Assembly (NCBI GenBank): GCA_021613535.1
Contig: CP075496.1
Location: forward strand, 7,068,001-7,132,000
Direction of reading: 5' to 3'
DNA from: Adineta vaga
Lineage: Eukaryota; Animalia; Rotifera
DNA length: 64,000 nucleotides
The notes beneath the pieces were generated by a model. It was not told the origin of the DNA. It did no database searches and saw only the letters and a list, made by a program, of their open reading frames with translations. The translations under genes were made by a program, and so were the position numbers. This document shows positions 59,682 to 64,000 of this stretch, in pieces (the first letter of the stretch is position 1; every line of letters begins with the position of its first letter).

Positions 59682-60092
59682 AGTTGATCTACTTTTTTTG
59701 AAATTTCTATGTTTTCTTTTCTATTGATAAACTTCGTGCCATTCGATTAATTCTAGTCAGATAATCGATGATTCTCATATATTGTTTATTATTATTATTT
59801 TTTGTAATGTTCATTTCATTTCTCTTGTTGCTCATTTAGATACTTTTATTTTCTTCTTCTTCTTGTTATCATATTCATTATCATTTGGATAATGATGAGA
59901 TCTAATGAAAATTTTCTGTTGCTTACTACCAACTTATTTCATAATAAAATATTGATCGTTTACTATTTGTAAACGATTAACATGATATCGATAGATTTGC
60001 AAGTATATTTATGATTGGTCAATGTTGAAAACCAACTAGGTAATTATATACATAATAAGATGTACTAGACTTTCATTCTCATTTATGCTATT

Positions 60093-60644
60093 ATGTTATT
60101 TCGTATTATTCAAGTTGATCATTCACGTCTTTTAGAATTCGATAACATATCGATAGCATTTGAAATTCATTCTATTTATGATGTTATCGATGACAACGAT
60201 AAAATAGAACTTATTGAACGACCTGTTAATCAACCTTATATCAAAGATTATGATCAATTGAACATAGATCCATCCGAATCATGGTCCACTATGGATACAA
60301 CGAATTGGGGAATTTTTCTTGCTCTCGATGAAACACAAGATGACAAACCTATAGGTGGTGCTATTGTAATGATGCCAGAATGTGCATTATATGATTTACG
60401 TGTCGCACCTTCTCATCGTCATTCTGGTGTTGGTAAAGCTTTATTTAAACAAGCTGTTGAATGGGCAAAACAGCAAGGCAAAACAACACGAATGAGTATT
60501 GAAACACAAAATACAAATGTATCTGCATGTTTATTCTATGTTGCAATGGGAGCAAAACTAGATAATATTGATCGAAATGCTTATTCACATGATGAACAAG
60601 TCAAACATGAAATTCGATTGAATTGGTATGTTGATTTAAAATAA
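60093..60644 (+). CDS. GNAT N-acetyltransferase, streptothricin acetyltransferase (SatA/Sat4)-like, intronless
   Basis: PYIKDYD, LYDLRVAPSHRHSGVGKALFKQAVEWAK (motif A), IETQNTNVSACLFY..MG, and C-terminal E....WY, all typical of bacterial Sat-type GNATs. Confidence 0.85.
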   Translation: MLFRIIQVDHSRLLEFDNISIAFEIHSIYDVIDDNDKIELIERPVNQPYIKDYDQLNIDPSESWSTMDTTNWGIFLALDETQDDKPIGGAIVMMPECALYDLRVAPSHRHSGVGKALFKQAVEWAKQQGKTTRMSIETQNTNVSACLFYVAMGAKLDNIDRNAYSHDEQVKHEIRLNWYVDLK

Positions 60645-60978
60645 TAAGCTATAAACTTTACATCATGTTACAGTTACAGAATTCAATATAAACATTCGTT
60701 TTTTCGACTGAGTTATACGTAACATCATAAATTTTGAACACATCTTATGAACTTTCATATTATATATGATTAATAATAATTTATTTGATGTTTTGCTCTC
60801 GTAAGACAAATATCTTATAAGCATGATCAAAATACTACATCCGATTTTCTTTTGTTTATAGAAATTAATTATTTAAAACGTTCAACTCACATCTAAATAA
60901 TTATCATACAATGTACTAAAACATACATCATAACCTTTATAACAAATAATAACAATACAAATAATTTTATATTTACAT

Positions 60979-62280
60979 TTACGGACTTGCACGTGACATA
61001 TCGTTTCCATTCAGTTGATTGTTTGTTAGAGCTAATAGAGATATTTGTTCTTTTGCTTTTGATGATTTTCTCAGTCGTAAATTACGTCTGATGGTTGATC
61101 GAATTTGGTGTGATGAGATATAATATATATAAAAAGCCGTAATAAAATTAATATAATAGGATAAACGAGTGATTTGTAGAAATAAATGTTCTTGAGCAAG
61201 TCGATATTTATCTTTTACTGCATTATGTGCAATAACAGAATAAACAAATTGAATACCATATGGAATTGAAGAGATAGAATTAGCCATTGCTTGCAAAACA
61301 ATCATCTAAAATGAAATATTATCAAATGAAATATTTGTAAACACAATTTTTGAAATTTTTACTGATGTCATTTGACGTTCGAGTCGTTTAATTCGACTTG
61401 TTTTCTTCATCATTCGTAAATTTTTTTGTGTTTCAATTGTAAATGATATAAATATGATTAATGGCAATGCAAAATACAAGACAGGATTAACGAAATAAGC
61501 AAAATAATTGTAATATTTTTGATTCCATATGTAACAAACAAGACGTATAGGATTACCCATAGGTACAAGATTAAAATATAGAAAGTTTGGAAGAGCAAAG
61601 CAAAGCCAAATAACAATATTGATAATCAAAAATCGATGTGCTAATTTAAAAGAACTCCATTGACGAAAATTAATGGAACGCGAAGTACAAGCATAACGAT
61701 CAAAAACAGCCAAACATCGACAACCGAGTGATGTATAAGCTGAAAATGTAATTCTATCGAATGAAAACAAAATAGAGTTGGATATTTAAGTATTCAATGA
61801 TTAGAAAAGTTTTCTTTTCACGTTTGAAACAATGAAAAAAGAATTACGTCAGAAGAACATCAAAGTTTTTCAGTATCATTACATAGCTTATTTGCATGAA
61901 AATATCTATTATATACAATTGAAATCTATCTATCAAGTTCAATATGTTTAGATCAATTAATTGTTGTCCCGCTATGTAGAGCTAAATATTTCTACTTACA
62001 AATAATAACGAATTTGACATCCAATAGTTGTCCATGATGCTGGATCAAAATCGAATCCTTCGGCTAATACGCGTAAAAAGAGAGCTACCAATAAATGAAT
62101 AACATCAAATATACTAGATACAATAACAAATCGTGAACAAGGACTTTTTCGATAACGATGTCGAGTGAAAAGCCATAAATTCATCGATGATCCATAAAGA
62201 CCAGCTAGTAGCATAAATGAACCAAGATAAATATTAAGACCTTTTCCGATTGCTGTAAGTTGTTCTATTGTCAGTGCCAT
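60979..62280 (-). CDS. Orphan rhodopsin-like 7TM GPCR
   Basis: Three exons with seven hydrophobic segments; GLYGSSMN (TM1), RKSPCSRF, CQIRYY, LAVFDRYACTS (DRY), RLERQMTSMI, FYIYYISSHQIR. Confidence 0.88.
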
Positions 62281-64000
62281 TCTACAAGAAAAAGAAGAAA
62301 ATTTTCTTACTTATTACAAAATTTTATTGGATGTTTGTTGATTTTTTATTTAGGAACATTAGAATAAAGCACGCATAGAACAAAATACTCTATATGTAAA
62401 GAAAATAATCAGAGCAAAAAATATTTCTTTTAGCAAACATTTTAGACGTTAGTGAACAAGATAAATTAGAATCTAAGAATCATAATAATTCAAGTAGATC
62501 ATTCGATGATTAGATATGCTTTATCTTTTTCTCTATAGTTTAATAATGAGTGCATTTAAATTCATAGAGAAATTAATAGAGTAGAACACCTTCGTGTGGA
62601 AATGTAGCATAAGAAGTATTCAAGAAAATTACGGGTTATGGTAAAATGATCATCTCAGGTTCTCTTCGTTCATTGTAAGATAGAAGTTGCGAGAAAAATA
62701 AAGGAAAGAGTCTAATAATGTTTGTGCGAGATACTACTTGCATTCATGGGTTCCTGGTAGTTAGGCAGTAAAAAGTTTTGAAATAGATTTTTAATTTAAT
62801 CTAAGAAGTACTCATTCTCTATTTTGCTCTTTACATCTGAACATACAAAAATAGACTACGATAAGAAATTTCGATGTCAGATGGCGAAAATTATTCAATT
62901 ACAAGCAAATAACATGTATTATAAAATAATAATTTGAATAGATAAGAATAAATTATATGCAAAACTAGACGCTCTCAAATATCAATGAGAAATTAAATAT
63001 GTCATAACCTGTATATAAACAATGTCTTGAACAGATTATTTTCTTTATAGAACAAAACAGAATTATGTGTTTTCATTCGATCTTTGAAAAACATTCATGG
63101 ATAACATATCAGTCAAGCTGAAGAAATACTATAAGTTCAAAATTGAGAAAAGATTTTAATGTATAACATGTTTGAAAGAAAAACACATTAAAAATACCTA
63201 AGAACAGACAATACAAATTATTAACGGTAATAATTTTCTTACTGACACGTTCCTGATTTTTATTATGTTATTTAGTAAAAGAATTACTCACAGTTGAATA
63301 AATTCGGATAGATATTATATGAATATTTAACTATGGGATCTGTAGATCAGGATGTGGGTGTTATCTACGAAATACTACATTTAACATAAATACTTATGAT
63401 TTAATCATAGAAATAGTATGTTTTTATATTTTGTGACGTGATGCTTGCAAATAAGTTCTTTGATTACATGTTTGTCAGACTAAAAAGAAGTGAAAGAACT
63501 ATGATGATGACCTACTTTTTTTCAAAGAATATTCTGAACAGAACTATTCAAGCAAAGAATGTCTCTAATAAATACAATTTTATCATAGTAATTTACGGAA
63601 ACAACTAAAATAAATGTAATAATTCATAACTTATATATAGATTTTCTTCCGTCTATAATCTCACATTCATCATCTGACACCTATGTGTTTAAATCTTAGT
63701 TTCTATTTCAAAAGATCTGATCAGAGTACTCTTATAAATATATTTAATCATCTATTAGATCATATTCATAATCTTACATTAGACATGGTTGTATTTATGA
63801 TCAGTTTCGAGGCAAAAAACGAGGCAGGTTAATCTTTTCGCTTAATTCCATTTTAACTCTTATCACTATACACTGAATACTACCAAAGCAGATGTTCAAA
63901 TACTCAATAACATATGTCAATCATATATATATATATATAACAGACGATATATAATGTACATGTTTGAAAATTTTGAAAAAAGAATCTGTTATTCTGGTAA

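Noticed and set aside
62300-64000. 1.7 kb ORF-free end of the window as a possible ncRNA, transposon or telomeric sequence
   Set aside because: No tRNA/rRNA structure, tandem repeat, terminal repeat or coding remnant recognised; probably GPCR upstream sequence.

Overview
Eukaryotic, strongly AT-rich and gene-dense DNA with many 50-65 bp GT-AG introns. This style, together with the gene content (orphan rhodopsin-type GPCR, C-type lectin expansion, intronless bacterial-type gene), points to a bdelloid rotifer; that assignment is inference. About 28 genes or pseudogenes can be built by hand-splicing. From left to right: the 3' end of a KDM4-like double-Tudor gene, HS3ST, a Zn-finger/U-box/pseudokinase, a probably inactive TDP2 paralog, a cluster of Cys-rich/C-type-lectin single-pass receptors (one pseudogene) around a condensin kleisin, CPSF6, a stand-alone NSD-type PWWP protein, two tandem NTPDases, a knottin-like prepropeptide, an isolated Gsx, a tightly packed co-directional run (SRM-TDP2-KAT2/GCN5-CDC6-PPEF-PAN protein), Rap1, an F-box/WD40 gene, a TGF-beta type II receptor, a SatA-like GNAT (HGT candidate) and a GPCR. 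The most interesting signals are: operon-like packing with an unpaired splice acceptor; mosaic gene-conversion tracts in two tandem pairs; the lectin receptor cluster with amphipathic stalk exons; several pseudo-enzymes or degenerate reader domains; the knottin; the SatA-like gene; and a 17-bp motif shared by two divergent promoters. No rRNA, tRNA, CRISPR or autonomous transposon was recognised. All gene models and family assignments were made by eye, without database searches.
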